From positions 573,855-637,854 of the forward strand of contig JBAZGN010000001.1 of NCBI GenBank assembly GCA_041652815.1: a stretch of DNA of 64,000 nt. Reading direction: 5' to 3'. Origin of the DNA: Candidatus Omnitrophota bacterium. GTDB taxonomy: Bacteria; Omnitrophota; Gorgyraeia; Duberdicusellales; 4484-171. The notes under the pieces are model-generated. The model searched no databases, had not been told where the DNA came from, and was given only the letters and a program-made list of their open reading frames with translations. A program made the translations under genes and the position numbers. This document shows positions 8,406 through 17,471 of the stretch, one piece after another (the first letter of the stretch is position 1; each line of letters starts with the position of its first letter).

Positions 8406-8614
8406 TCCCTTTTGCCAGAATTCCCTGCCCGCTCGCCCGCCCGCCGTACGGCGGACAGGGCTACGACCGCGGATGAATAGCGGAAAGGGGTGCCGTCCGC
8501 TTTAAGTGGGCGAAAGGAAAATAGCCCATGGCACGCCTGTCTACCAGGCTGAAAGCCTGTTGGACTGCCTTCGGCAGCCAGGCCAGTGCGGGCTCCAGAA
8601 AGGAAAGATTTATA

Positions 8615-9334
8615 ATGAAGAAAAAATTGGGATTGTTCAGCAAATGGTGCAGCTTATTTTTTTTATGTTTTGTTTTAACGTCCGGCTTAGGTTTATGTGA
8701 GGATATCGAGGAAAGATTTGGGCCGGAACACTCATTGTTTTATGAAGTTTTTTTTAACGGTATTCCTACCGGAAAGATAGAATGGAGATATTTAGGAAGA
8801 GAAGTCGTTGACGGCCGCAATGCAGAAGTAATTCTGCTTAATTCCGATACAAATATACTTAAGCTTCTTAACCTAGAAAGCAAAGAAAAAGTATTCATAG
8901 ACTCGAAAACTTATCTTCCGCTTAAAGTAGAAAGGGACGTGGTATTCTTCGGAAAAAAAGAGTTGATAAAAGAAGTATATAATCAGGATACAGGATTAAT
9001 TACTATAACTAAAAGCAATTCCGGCAAGAAAGAAGTATATTTGCGCCAAAAAAAACCCATACACAATATTTTGTCTTTGTTGTATTTTTTCCCGAAAAAT
9101 ATAGATTTGGTAAAAAACAAATTACTTTACTTTAATCTGCCCACGCAAAAAATTACAATAAAGATGTTGTATGAAAAGGATATTGCTTTCGGCAAAGGCA
9201 CAAAAGATATTTATTTTTTATCAGGCAGGGGAGACAAGAAGTTTAATCTTTGGCTTGATAAGAGAGAAAGAATTCCGGTTAAAATGGAATTTATAGTTCC
9301 TTTAGGCAAAATTACAATCGTCAGAAAAAGCTGA
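8615..9334 (+). CDS. Secreted/lipoprotein-like hypothetical protein (possibly DUF3108-like)
   Basis: Internal Met of the listed 8528 ORF followed by the signal-like MKKKLGLFSKWCSLFFLCFVLTSGLGLC. The upstream 29 codons lie in a GC-rich structured leader. Confidence 0.45.
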   Translation: MKKKLGLFSKWCSLFFLCFVLTSGLGLCEDIEERFGPEHSLFYEVFFNGIPTGKIEWRYLGREVVDGRNAEVILLNSDTNILKLLNLESKEKVFIDSKTYLPLKVERDVVFFGKKELIKEVYNQDTGLITITKSNSGKKEVYLRQKKPIHNILSLLYFFPKNIDLVKNKLLYFNLPTQKITIKMLYEKDIAFGKGTKDIYFLSGRGDKKFNLWLDKRERIPVKMEFIVPLGKITIVRKS

Positions 9335-9354
9335 CAACGCGAATTAACGTTTGT

Positions 9355-10377
9355 TCATTCAATAATAATAAGCGAATTTTTCCCGCCGTATGAATCATCC
9401 TCGCTAAGTTTATTATGCGGGTCGGTAATCCAAGCGCCACCTGCCAGGAATTTATAACGGTATTTACCTTTCTCGAGAGGAATATTTAAAGTCCATATAT
9501 CTTCGCCTATCTTTCTTAATTTATAGCTTTCCTGTTTTTGCCAGTTATTAAAATCACCTATAACGTATACGTTGTCTACCTTTTCTCCTTTCAGGAAAAG
9601 TTGAGTCCAGGCTTTGCCGGAAGTTATATTTAATATTTCTTGCGCCAGTGCCGTAAAATCTTCGGCTCCCCTTGAGTCAGGCATATAATCAAATATATTT
9701 TTGCCGTTGGCAGCGGCTTCTTTAAGATGGACATTTGAACGTACGGCTGTATTTAACAACAAACTGCCGAGTTGTTCCTTAACTCTCTGGATAAAGTTCA
9801 ATGCGAACCGTGAACGTTTATCCAGCTGATTCAAAAGGTAAAAACATATAGGGGTTTTACCTTTAAATTCTTTAAGCATGATAATTATGTCTTTTAGTAT
9901 TTCGACACCGCGAAGGGAAAAATCACAAATACTAAGAGGAATAAGCGAATATTCGCTTGCTTGCAGTGCATTTAGCGTAATCAATCCCAGGTTAGGAGGG
10001 CAATCTAAAATGCAATAGTCGAAATCCGCGGATACAGCTTTAAGAAACAAAGAAAGAATATCCAACCGGTCATCTCTTTGGGAAAATTTATGCTCGAGCG
10101 CAGCAAGCCCTATGCGTGAGCCTATGAAGTAAAAATTTTCAGAAACGGATTGATATAGCGTAGCTTCCGGCAAGCTTTCATTTTTTGCTATTTTTTCTAA
10201 GATATCGGTTATGTTAAAAACGCTTTCTTTTCTAAGGGCAAATGTTGCATGTGCCTGGGGGTCTAAATCTATGAGCAAAGTTTTAAATCCCTTTTTGCTT
10301 AAAGCCGCCGATAGATTAACCGCGCTAATTGTTTTTCCGCAGCCGCCTTTTTGATTGACTACAGAAATTATTTTCAT
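9355..10377 (-). CDS. ParA/MinD-family ATPase fused to a C-terminal CBM48 / AMPK-beta-type glycogen-binding domain
   Basis: Deviant Walker A NQKGGCGKT at the N-terminus with a ParA/Soj-like body. The last ~85 aa (VYVIGDFNNWQ...W.L...G.YRYKF.A.G.W..DP...GG.NS.I) match the AMPK1_CBM/CBM48 consensus. RBS GGGAGG lies 6 nt before the ATG. Confidence 0.8.
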   Translation of the reverse strand: MKIISVVNQKGGCGKTISAVNLSAALSKKGFKTLLIDLDPQAHATFALRKESVFNITDILEKIAKNESLPEATLYQSVSENFYFIGSRIGLAALEHKFSQRDDRLDILSLFLKAVSADFDYCILDCPPNLGLITLNALQASEYSLIPLSICDFSLRGVEILKDIIIMLKEFKGKTPICFYLLNQLDKRSRFALNFIQRVKEQLGSLLLNTAVRSNVHLKEAAANGKNIFDYMPDSRGAEDFTALAQEILNITSGKAWTQLFLKGEKVDNVYVIGDFNNWQKQESYKLRKIGEDIWTLNIPLEKGKYRYKFLAGGAWITDPHNKLSEDDSYGGKNSLIIIE

Positions 10378-10427
10378 TTTAACCTCCCTAATTCTGCCCT
10401 GCCCGCTTTATAAGCGGGGTTGATCCA

Positions 10428-11087
10428 TTAAATTAAAATAAGATCTTTAATCAGTGTCCAATTTATCTTCTCTTTATCCTGAGGATAAAAATAGAGGATA
10501 ATCTGTTTTACCTGGTAGAGGTTCGTATTCTGTAAATTTGAGCCGGTAAAGTTTATCGGCACTTTTATGAAAGAAGGGTCGTTCTGGGTTACTTCAATTA
10601 TAACCGGGTTTAAGGAGTTTGAGAAAAACCTGGTATCTTTCACAACAACCGCTATATTTAATGGCGCATCAGACTTTTTTAAATACAGAGAAAGAGAATT
10701 TGACCGTAAATCTATTGGTTTTTTAAGATTAAAGCTTATTGCAACGCGTTCCTTAGGAATTGTCAGATAGATAAAAGCATTTTCTTTTTTCATCAACCGT
10801 TCGTCCTGGGCTATGCACCTGGTTGATTCAAGCATGTCTTTCGAAAGAAGAGAGATTCCGCTATTAGAGGTATCCGGTATTTGCCGCGCTATGACCATGA
10901 AATCATATTTCATAAAAAAGAATATGCCTGCAGCAAGAATTAGGATGGCGCTCGCTCCAAGTAAAGCAAATCTTTTTTTAGAGGTTTTCTTTTTGCGTTT
11001 CTTTTTGGGAGGAGAAAAAAAGGTGTCCTTTAGCCTCTGAGAGTCTAAATAAGCGTAAGAAAAGAAAGGATTGTCTCGCTTGTCCAC
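10428..11087 (-). CDS. Bitopic membrane protein (basic cytoplasmic N-terminal tail KKKRKKK, one TM, beta-rich C-terminal domain); immediately upstream, same strand, of the ParA-CBM48 gene
   Basis: One hydrophobic segment ALLGASAILILAAGIFFFM. 50-nt gap to the parA-like gene contains a small hairpin. Confidence 0.45.
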   Translation of the reverse strand: MDKRDNPFFSYAYLDSQRLKDTFFSPPKKKRKKKTSKKRFALLGASAILILAAGIFFFMKYDFMVIARQIPDTSNSGISLLSKDMLESTRCIAQDERLMKKENAFIYLTIPKERVAISFNLKKPIDLRSNSLSLYLKKSDAPLNIAVVVKDTRFFSNSLNPVIIEVTQNDPSFIKVPINFTGSNLQNTNLYQVKQIILYFYPQDKEKINWTLIKDLILI

Positions 11088-11140
11088 AAAAATATATTAG
11101 CATTGAATTTTGAAAAATCAACTATATAATTGGTAAAAAG

Positions 11141-11200
11141 CCTTCAGTCGTCAGTCTTCAGCTATCAGCTGGAAGCTGAAGACTGATAGCTGAAAGCTGA
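11141..11200. repeat. Family B palindromic word repeat (cttcagtcgtcagtcttcagc ... gctgaagactgatagctgaaagctga)
   Basis: Nested inverted repeats seen directly. Upstream of the amrS-like gene. Confidence 0.6.
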
Positions 11201-11202
11201 AC

Positions 11203-12210
11203 ATGAAAGAAGCCTTATTCTACACGAAAAATAAAGACAATACCGTTGATTGTTTTCTCTGTAATCATCATTGTCGCATCAACGATGAAGCTTATGGTAT
11301 ATGCAATGTGCGGATAAACAAGAAAGGCACACTGTATTCATTAAGTTACGGTAAAGTTGTCGCAGCCAACATTGACCCAATAGAAAAAAAGCCTTTGTAT
11401 CATTTTCTGCCTGGCTCAAAATCCTATTCCATAGCTTGTGTTGGGTGCAATTTTAAATGCGGGTTCTGCCAAAATTGGCAAATTTCCCAGGCGAAAATCG
11501 CCCAAGAACTCAATTTATTCGAGTATCGATTAAGCCCTCAAGCTATAGTTGAGCAAACCTTGTCTAATAATTGCCCCAGTATTTCTTATACCTACACAGA
11601 GCCTACTATTTATTTTGAGTTTGCTTATGAGGTGGCAAAATTAGCAAAAGAAAAAGGGCTTTTTAATATATTTGTGACCAACGGTTATATGAGCAAAGAA
11701 TCTCTTGAGCATATAAAACCGGTTCTTTCCGCCGCTAACGTTGATTTGAAAGCTTTTAGTGAAGATTTTTACCGCAAAATATGCCAGGCCTCTTTAAAGC
11801 CGGTTTTAGAAAATATAATCTTGATGAAAAAGCTTGGGCTTTGGATAGAAATAACGACTTTAATTATTCCCGGTAAAAATGACGGAAAGATTGAACTTAA
11901 GCAAATAGCTGAATTTATTGCTTCGGTGGATAAAAATATACCATGGCACTTATCGCGTTTCCATCCGGATTTTGAATTTAATAAAATTGCAGTAACCCCT
12001 TCGGAAAGCCTTTTACTCGCTTATGATATCGCAAAAAAGTCTGGGCTTAAATATGTTTATATCGGTAATGCGGATACAGATTATGAAAATACGACTTGTC
12101 CGGCTTGTGGCAAAGTTTTAATTGCGAGAAAAGGTTTTTTTGTTGAAAGTAAAAATATAAAACAAGGCCGATGCGAGTATTGCAAAGAACAGATAGAAGG
12201 CATTTGGTAG
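11203..12210 (+). CDS. amrS: AmmeMemoRadiSam-system radical SAM enzyme (AmrS-like)
   Basis: Y.K..D..V.C.LC.H.C.I N-terminus and a CNFKCGFCQN CxxxCxxC cluster; 335 aa. Confidence 0.7.
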   Translation: MKEALFYTKNKDNTVDCFLCNHHCRINDEAYGICNVRINKKGTLYSLSYGKVVAANIDPIEKKPLYHFLPGSKSYSIACVGCNFKCGFCQNWQISQAKIAQELNLFEYRLSPQAIVEQTLSNNCPSISYTYTEPTIYFEFAYEVAKLAKEKGLFNIFVTNGYMSKESLEHIKPVLSAANVDLKAFSEDFYRKICQASLKPVLENIILMKKLGLWIEITTLIIPGKNDGKIELKQIAEFIASVDKNIPWHLSRFHPDFEFNKIAVTPSESLLLAYDIAKKSGLKYVYIGNADTDYENTTCPACGKVLIARKGFFVESKNIKQGRCEYCKEQIEGIW

Positions 12211-12214
12211 TTAT

Positions 12215-12616
12215 ATGCGAAATATCAGATTTAAGCTTTTACTTGTTTTCTTGGTTTTGTTGCTAAGCGGCCTCATCTTTTGGCTTACGGCAATATTCAG
12301 GTTTCCGCTTGAACAAAAAAGAATGGAAGTTTCCGGTAAGCAATTAATTGTTTGGGTGGCTGACACTTATGATAAGCGTTTGCAGGGACTGCAAAATATC
12401 ATCTGGATGCCGAAAGACAGAGGTATGCTTTTTATTTTTGATAGCGCCGACCGGTATTGTTTCTGGAATAAAAATACTTTAATGCCGCTTAAGCTTATTT
12501 TTATGCGGCAAGGCATAATAACAGAGGAAATCGAGCTTGTGCCAATATGGAAAGGTAAACAGACAGTCTGCCCAAGATATGAGGCAGATAGCGTTATTGA
12601 GGTAATTGATAGATAA
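12215..12616 (+). CDS. DUF192 domain protein
   Basis: N-terminal TM, then a DUF192-like core (M..TLMPLD.IF). Confidence 0.55.
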   Translation: MRNIRFKLLLVFLVLLLSGLIFWLTAIFRFPLEQKRMEVSGKQLIVWVADTYDKRLQGLQNIIWMPKDRGMLFIFDSADRYCFWNKNTLMPLKLIFMRQGIITEEIELVPIWKGKQTVCPRYEADSVIEVIDR

Positions 12617-12624
12617 ATTATGAG

Positions 12625-12765
12625 TTTAGATTACGGTTGCGTAAAGCGGTTGCGCCGCTCGTTACGCCTACCGTCTATCGGTTGCGTCTTAATGACGATG
12701 GACGATTGACGCAACCGAGACGAGTTGCGCAACCATAACCGAAAAACGCAACCGGAGCGCACAAT
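12625..12765. repeat. Word repeat 'family E' (GGTTGCG / CGCAACC / GACGATGGACGA words), shared with ~24500-24680
   Basis: The second copy sits in the ilvB-ilvN spacer. Both contain gacgatggacga and multiple gttgcg/cgcaacc inverted words. Confidence 0.5.
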
Positions 12766-13285
12766 GAAGTTTGAACATAAAAATTTCAAAGGCAAAATTT
12801 TGAATGTTTCTGTAAAAAAAATCCGCCTTCCTAACGGATATCTTGCGCGCTTTGAAATTGTAAAGCATCCCGGAGCGGTATTAGTTGTGCCTTTGCTTGG
12901 CAAAAACAAAGTAATAATGCTGAGGCAACTCAGGCCGGTAATTAATTCCTACATTTACGAACTTCCCGCAGGGACCCTTGAGAAAGGGGAACGTCCGGAA
13001 GCCTGCGCGCGCAGAGAAATAGTTGAAGAAACAGGCTATAAAAGTAATAAATTTATTAAGTTAGGTTTAATTTTTCCCGTTCCAGGGTATTCCACAGAAA
13101 AAATTTTTATTTATAAAGCGCAAAATCTAGTTAAAACAAAACCACTTCACCAGAAAGATGAGGTTATAGAAACATTCGTATTTACTAAAAGAGAAATTCA
13201 AAAAATGTTCAAGGAAGGCAAAATAATAGATGCAAAAACAATTTGTGGTTTTGCGTTATGTGGGTGGCTTAAGGAGGCAAGCTAA
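12764..13285 (+). CDS. NUDIX hydrolase (ADP-ribose pyrophosphatase-like)
   Basis: Nudix box GTLEKGERPEACARREIVEETG. Start moved to internal MKFEHKNF; upstream codons lie in the family E repeat. Confidence 0.75.
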   Translation: MKFEHKNFKGKILNVSVKKIRLPNGYLARFEIVKHPGAVLVVPLLGKNKVIMLRQLRPVINSYIYELPAGTLEKGERPEACARREIVEETGYKSNKFIKLGLIFPVPGYSTEKIFIYKAQNLVKTKPLHQKDEVIETFVFTKREIQKMFKEGKIIDAKTICGFALCGWLKEAS

Positions 13286-13288
13286 AAA

Positions 13289-14935
13289 ATGAGTAAGAAT
13301 AAAAGCATAAAAGATATCCTGATTTTGATTGTTGTTTCGGGTTTGTTGTTTCTGTTAGGAAATAACATAATAAGCCTGACTAATGATAACGAAGTTTTTT
13401 ATGCTCAGACTGCCAAGGAAATGATTCAGCAAAATACCTGGTCAACGCCTTATTTATTCGGCCAGCCGCAATTTGAGAAGCCGATTTTTATATATTGGCT
13501 TCTTAGGTTTAGCTTCATGATTTTTGGGGTCAATGCAGCTGCCGCGCGTTTTTTTCCCGCAATTTTTGGAGTGTTAGGTGTAATTACACTTTATTTTCTT
13601 GGTTTGCTTGGATTCAAAGACCGCTCAAAGGCATTCCTTTCAAGTATTATTCTAATGTCCTGCGGTATGTATATCGGGCTAGCCAAAACAGTGTTTACCG
13701 ATATGTTTTTTTCGGTACTTATTATGATGTCGCTTTCATTTTTCTTTTTCGCCTATGTAAATCAAAAGAAAAAGTTAATCGGATTATTATTGTCGGCAAT
13801 CTGCATGGGTTTTGCAGTTTTGACCAAGGGCCCGCTCGGCATATTAATACCGTGTTTCGCCATAATTGCCTTTTTGTTGATTAAGAAAGATTTAAGATTT
13901 CTATTTTGCAAAGAGACAATATGGTCATTTTTTGTTTTATTTTTAACAATTGCCCCTTGGTATATACTTATGATTCAAAAGTACGGAAATACTTTCGTGA
14001 ATGAATTTATTTTAAATGATAATTTAAGAAGAGCAGTAGAAGCTCAACACGGCGGGCACGATACCTGGTATTACTATCCTTCCCTGATTGTTTCCGGCAT
14101 GCTTCCTTGGAGTTTGTTTGTTTTGGGGGCTTTAGCTTTTTTATATAAGGGGCTAAGGCAAAAAGAGAATTCATTCTATATTTTTCTGGTTTGCTGGATA
14201 GGTTCGGTATTTTTGATATTTCAGGTTGCGCATTCTAAAGTAGCAAATTATATTTTTCCTGCCTTTGCGCCAATGGCTTTGCTTACTGGAGGCTTCATAC
14301 GTGATATTTTAAGCAACAACAAATATAAAAGCATTTTATATGTAGTTTTATCTGTAATATCATTTTTTGTTTTGTCTATTCCAATTGCTTTGTTTTTTAG
14401 TTCCAAAAAATACGCAAACTACATAGGAAATTCTGCCGGGGTATACTTTTTAATTGCCGGGTTTTTATTGTTAGCCGCGGCAATTTTATTTTGTATATAC
14501 AGGAAAAAACTATCAGCAGCGATTTATCTGGTGGGAGCAATAGTCCCGATATTTTTATGCAGCCTGCCGCTTATCCATAATAATTTTGAACCCTATATTT
14601 CTTCAAAAGCTGCTTCAGAATATTTATTAAAGAATGCAGAAATAAACAACACTATAATTTGCTCAAAAACTTTTGTCCGCGGGGTGAAGTATTATACCGA
14701 CAAAGATGTCGCAGTGTTAGATATACCGGGTAAGCAGTTTTTTAGCAAGCACCCTTTAATCTTCCTATCTTCGGACCGGGAATTGAAGGAATTTTTGTTT
14801 AAACAGGTAACGACTTATTGCGTAGTGGGCAAATCATTAGCCGCAGACATAAAACGCATAGCAAACAATGATTTTAAAGTTACTGTTTTAAAAATAATAG
14901 GCAACGAATATATTATAGAGGTTCAGCGTCTTTAG
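13289..14935 (+). CDS. Glycosyltransferase family 39 (ArnT/PMT-like, polytopic membrane)
   Basis: Multiple TM segments and the N-terminal loop motif typical of ArnT-like GT39. Confidence 0.7.
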   Translation: MSKNKSIKDILILIVVSGLLFLLGNNIISLTNDNEVFYAQTAKEMIQQNTWSTPYLFGQPQFEKPIFIYWLLRFSFMIFGVNAAAARFFPAIFGVLGVITLYFLGLLGFKDRSKAFLSSIILMSCGMYIGLAKTVFTDMFFSVLIMMSLSFFFFAYVNQKKKLIGLLLSAICMGFAVLTKGPLGILIPCFAIIAFLLIKKDLRFLFCKETIWSFFVLFLTIAPWYILMIQKYGNTFVNEFILNDNLRRAVEAQHGGHDTWYYYPSLIVSGMLPWSLFVLGALAFLYKGLRQKENSFYIFLVCWIGSVFLIFQVAHSKVANYIFPAFAPMALLTGGFIRDILSNNKYKSILYVVLSVISFFVLSIPIALFFSSKKYANYIGNSAGVYFLIAGFLLLAAAILFCIYRKKLSAAIYLVGAIVPIFLCSLPLIHNNFEPYISSKAASEYLLKNAEINNTIICSKTFVRGVKYYTDKDVAVLDIPGKQFFSKHPLIFLSSDRELKEFLFKQVTTYCVVGKSLAADIKRIANNDFKVTVLKIIGNEYIIEVQRL

Positions 14936-15719
14936 GCGCAGGTTCATTGCTTGAAGTGTTTTTGAATATTTTTGAAGCAAAAACCAGCCAGCCGGTATGT
15001 GACGGCATATGTTGTTCGGGTCGGGTTTTACCGCGGCGAACAAGTATATTTCGAATAAAAACTTCTATACTGTCAATATTAATAAACCCTTTTTCTTCAA
15101 GCGCGAATACTGTTTTTGTAAGTTGTTCAAAGGTGGGGCATATTGTTGCAAGGCGCGAGCCGCCTTTTAGCGCTTTATAGGCAGCGTCAATTAAGTCCCA
15201 CTGGCTTCCAATGTCAATCATTACAAAATCAACTTCGCTTTCATCGTAACTGTCAGTTACTTCACGAAGTTTAAACTCAACATACTCGCTAAGCCCGTAT
15301 TTTTCAATATTCTTTTTGGCGTTTTCAAGAAACTCTTTATTCCTGTCATAGCTGTAAACTTTTCCGCCGGGCCTTACGAAATTTGCTAATGCCGTTGTGA
15401 GCGCTCCGCTTCCAGCGCCTGATTCAATTACCCGTGCTCCGGGAAATATATTTGCTCTCGTAAGTATTATTCCGATATCTTTAGGATAAAGAATCTGGGT
15501 TTTCCTTTTTACTTTCATTACCATTTCATGCAGGTATGGCCGCAAAATATAGAAGGTATGCTTAAGGTTGGTTTCAATTTTTTGCCCGAATTCTTTGCCG
15601 ATTATATCTTTTAATTCAAGGAAGCCTAAATCGGTGTGAAGCCTGCCGCCCTGTATTTTTATAAGATAATTGCGTTTTTCGTCTTTATAAAGAAATACCA
15701 GCTCTCCTTCGTTAATCAT
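14913..15719 (-). CDS. trmI: tRNA (adenine-N1)-methyltransferase TrmI/GCD14 family
   Basis: SAM-binding VIESGAGSGALTTALA motif and GCD14 architecture. 3' end overlaps the GT39 gene by 23 nt (convergent). Confidence 0.75.
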   Translation of the reverse strand: MINEGELVFLYKDEKRNYLIKIQGGRLHTDLGFLELKDIIGKEFGQKIETNLKHTFYILRPYLHEMVMKVKRKTQILYPKDIGIILTRANIFPGARVIESGAGSGALTTALANFVRPGGKVYSYDRNKEFLENAKKNIEKYGLSEYVEFKLREVTDSYDESEVDFVMIDIGSQWDLIDAAYKALKGGSRLATICPTFEQLTKTVFALEEKGFINIDSIEVFIRNILVRRGKTRPEQHMPSHTGWLVFASKIFKNTSSNEPAPKDAEPL

Positions 15720-15969
15720 AATAGTTATAATAATACAGTTTGGAGATTATTTTGCAATAGAAATATACAGCTGTCAGCCTTCAGCCGTCAGCTTTCAGTT
15801 CTATTTTTTTGCTGAAAGCCCCGCCACCTTATAAAAACATTTAAGCGGGTCAACCTGTTGGTTGAGAAGACTGATAGCTGACAGCTAGCCCAGAAAACCC
15901 TTGCAAAATAAAGGGGATTGTAATAAACTTTTGATACGCAGATGAGCACAGATTGGAAAGCGGACGATT

Positions 15970-16119
15970 ACAGATTTATTATTATCGTTTATGTACCACG
16001 TATCAGGTAACACGTAACAGGCCTTTACGGCGTGATACGTGTTACCTGATACGTGATACAGAATCTATGCTATCTGTGATCATCTGTGTAAGCCGAACGG
16101 AGTGAGGCAAATGAAATAT
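15970..16119. repeat. ~150-bp dispersed element, copy 1: 19-bp perfect palindrome CACGTATCAGGTAACACGT/ACGTGTTACCTGATACGTG, CTGTGATCATCTGTGTAA, RBS GGAGTGAGG and ATGAAATAT start
   Basis: ~94% identical to 27797..27946, mismatches concentrated in the right palindrome arm. Includes the first codons (MKY) of the downstream gene. Confidence 0.75.
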
Positions 16120-17310
16120 ATATTCATAGTTCCCGACGGAGCAGCGGATTATCCCAATGAAATTCTCGGCGGCAAAACTCCGCTGGAAGCTGCGGATAAA
16201 CCTTTTATGAACCAACTAGCAAAAGAAGGGGTATTAGGAAGAGTAAAAACTGTTCCTTCAGGATTTCAGCCGGCGAGTGATGTGGCAAATCTTTCGCTTC
16301 TTGGCTATGAACCGGAAAAGTATTATTGCGGCCGCGGCCCGCTCGAAGCCGCTAATTTCGGCATAACACTGGGGGAAGATGATTTGGCTTTTCGTTGTAA
16401 CCTCATTAGCGAGTCAGAAGGAAAACTTCTTGATTATAGCGCGGGGCACATCAGCGACAGAGAAGCCCGTATCCTCATAGAACATCTCGATAAAAATCTT
16501 GGAACAGAAGATATAAAATTTTATGCCGGAAAAAGTTACCGCCATCTTATGGTTTATAAAAAGGGAGTTAAGCTTTTATTGGAGAAGCTTAATTTCTTCG
16601 CTCCGCACGATATTATGGGTAGAGGTATTAAGAAGCATCTACCGTCCGGCCGTGGAAGCGAACATATAATTACGCTTATGAACCGTTCAAGAGAGCTTCT
16701 AAAAGACCACGAAATAAATAAAGTGCGTATAGATTTAGGAGAAAATCCTGCTAATATGATTTGGCTTTGGGGCGCGGGGCGCCGGCTCGCGATTCCTGCA
16801 TTTAAAGAAAAGTTTGCAATCTCCGGTGCAGTAATTTCCGCAGTTGACCTTATAAATGGCATTGGCAAAATCATAGGCTTAAAAGTTATTGAAGTTTCCG
16901 GCGCCAATGGTTATTATGATACGAATTATAAAGGCAAAGCTGAGGCAGCAATAAAGGCGCTGGATGATTGTGATTTCGTATTTATTCATATAGAAGCAAC
17001 AGATGAAGCCGGCCACAACAATGATTTAAGGATGAAAATTACCTGTATTGAACGGATAGACAAGCTTGTTGTAGGGACTATTGTGGAGAGAATGAAAGGC
17101 AAAGATTACCGGATTATAATTACACCTGATCATCCCACACCTGTTTCAAAACGCACGCATACAGATGAGCCTGTTCCGTTTGTTTTAGCCGGCCCCGGCA
17201 TAAATAGGCAGAATTTTTCCTCGTATTGTGAAGCAGAAGCCGCAAATTCAAGCCTCTACTTTGCAAGCGGGCCAGACCTGATGAATTATTTTCTAGGTAG
17301 TTTTCGCTGA
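16111..17310 (+). CDS. apgM: 2,3-bisphosphoglycerate-independent phosphoglycerate mutase, archaeal-type (ApgM family)
   Basis: Full-length cofactor-independent PGM (ApgM/COG3635) similarity. Start taken as the ATG inside the shared repeat (MKYIFIVPDG); the listed 16102 start is GTG. Confidence 0.8.
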   Translation: MKYIFIVPDGAADYPNEILGGKTPLEAADKPFMNQLAKEGVLGRVKTVPSGFQPASDVANLSLLGYEPEKYYCGRGPLEAANFGITLGEDDLAFRCNLISESEGKLLDYSAGHISDREARILIEHLDKNLGTEDIKFYAGKSYRHLMVYKKGVKLLLEKLNFFAPHDIMGRGIKKHLPSGRGSEHIITLMNRSRELLKDHEINKVRIDLGENPANMIWLWGAGRRLAIPAFKEKFAISGAVISAVDLINGIGKIIGLKVIEVSGANGYYDTNYKGKAEAAIKALDDCDFVFIHIEATDEAGHNNDLRMKITCIERIDKLVVGTIVERMKGKDYRIIITPDHPTPVSKRTHTDEPVPFVLAGPGINRQNFSSYCEAEAANSSLYFASGPDLMNYFLGSFR

Positions 17311-17471
17311 ATAACCTTTCAGCGAAAACTAGATAAAATATGCAGCAAATAAATTTAACGTTTAAAACAAAACATCTACTTGCTCAAGAAAAATTAAAGT
17401 TGTAAAATTGTATTTATTGAATAAGGCATATCCGGTATATTTATTTTTTCTAACGGCGGGAAAGAAAAATT

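Noticed and set aside
8408-8530. GC-rich element as a candidate RNase P RNA, SRP RNA or known riboswitch
   Set aside because: Too short for RNase P, and it lacks the GGAAAGTCCGGGCTCC P4 motif, the SRP helix-8 motif, the T-box AGGGTGGNACCGCG box and the GEMM/glycine cores. Kept only as an unclassified structured leader.
12631-12909. 92-aa minus-strand ORF
   Set aside because: Spans the family E repeat and the Nudix start. Arg-rich translation of GC-rich repeat words.
16554-16907. 117-aa minus-strand ORF
   Set aside because: Antisense within apgM.
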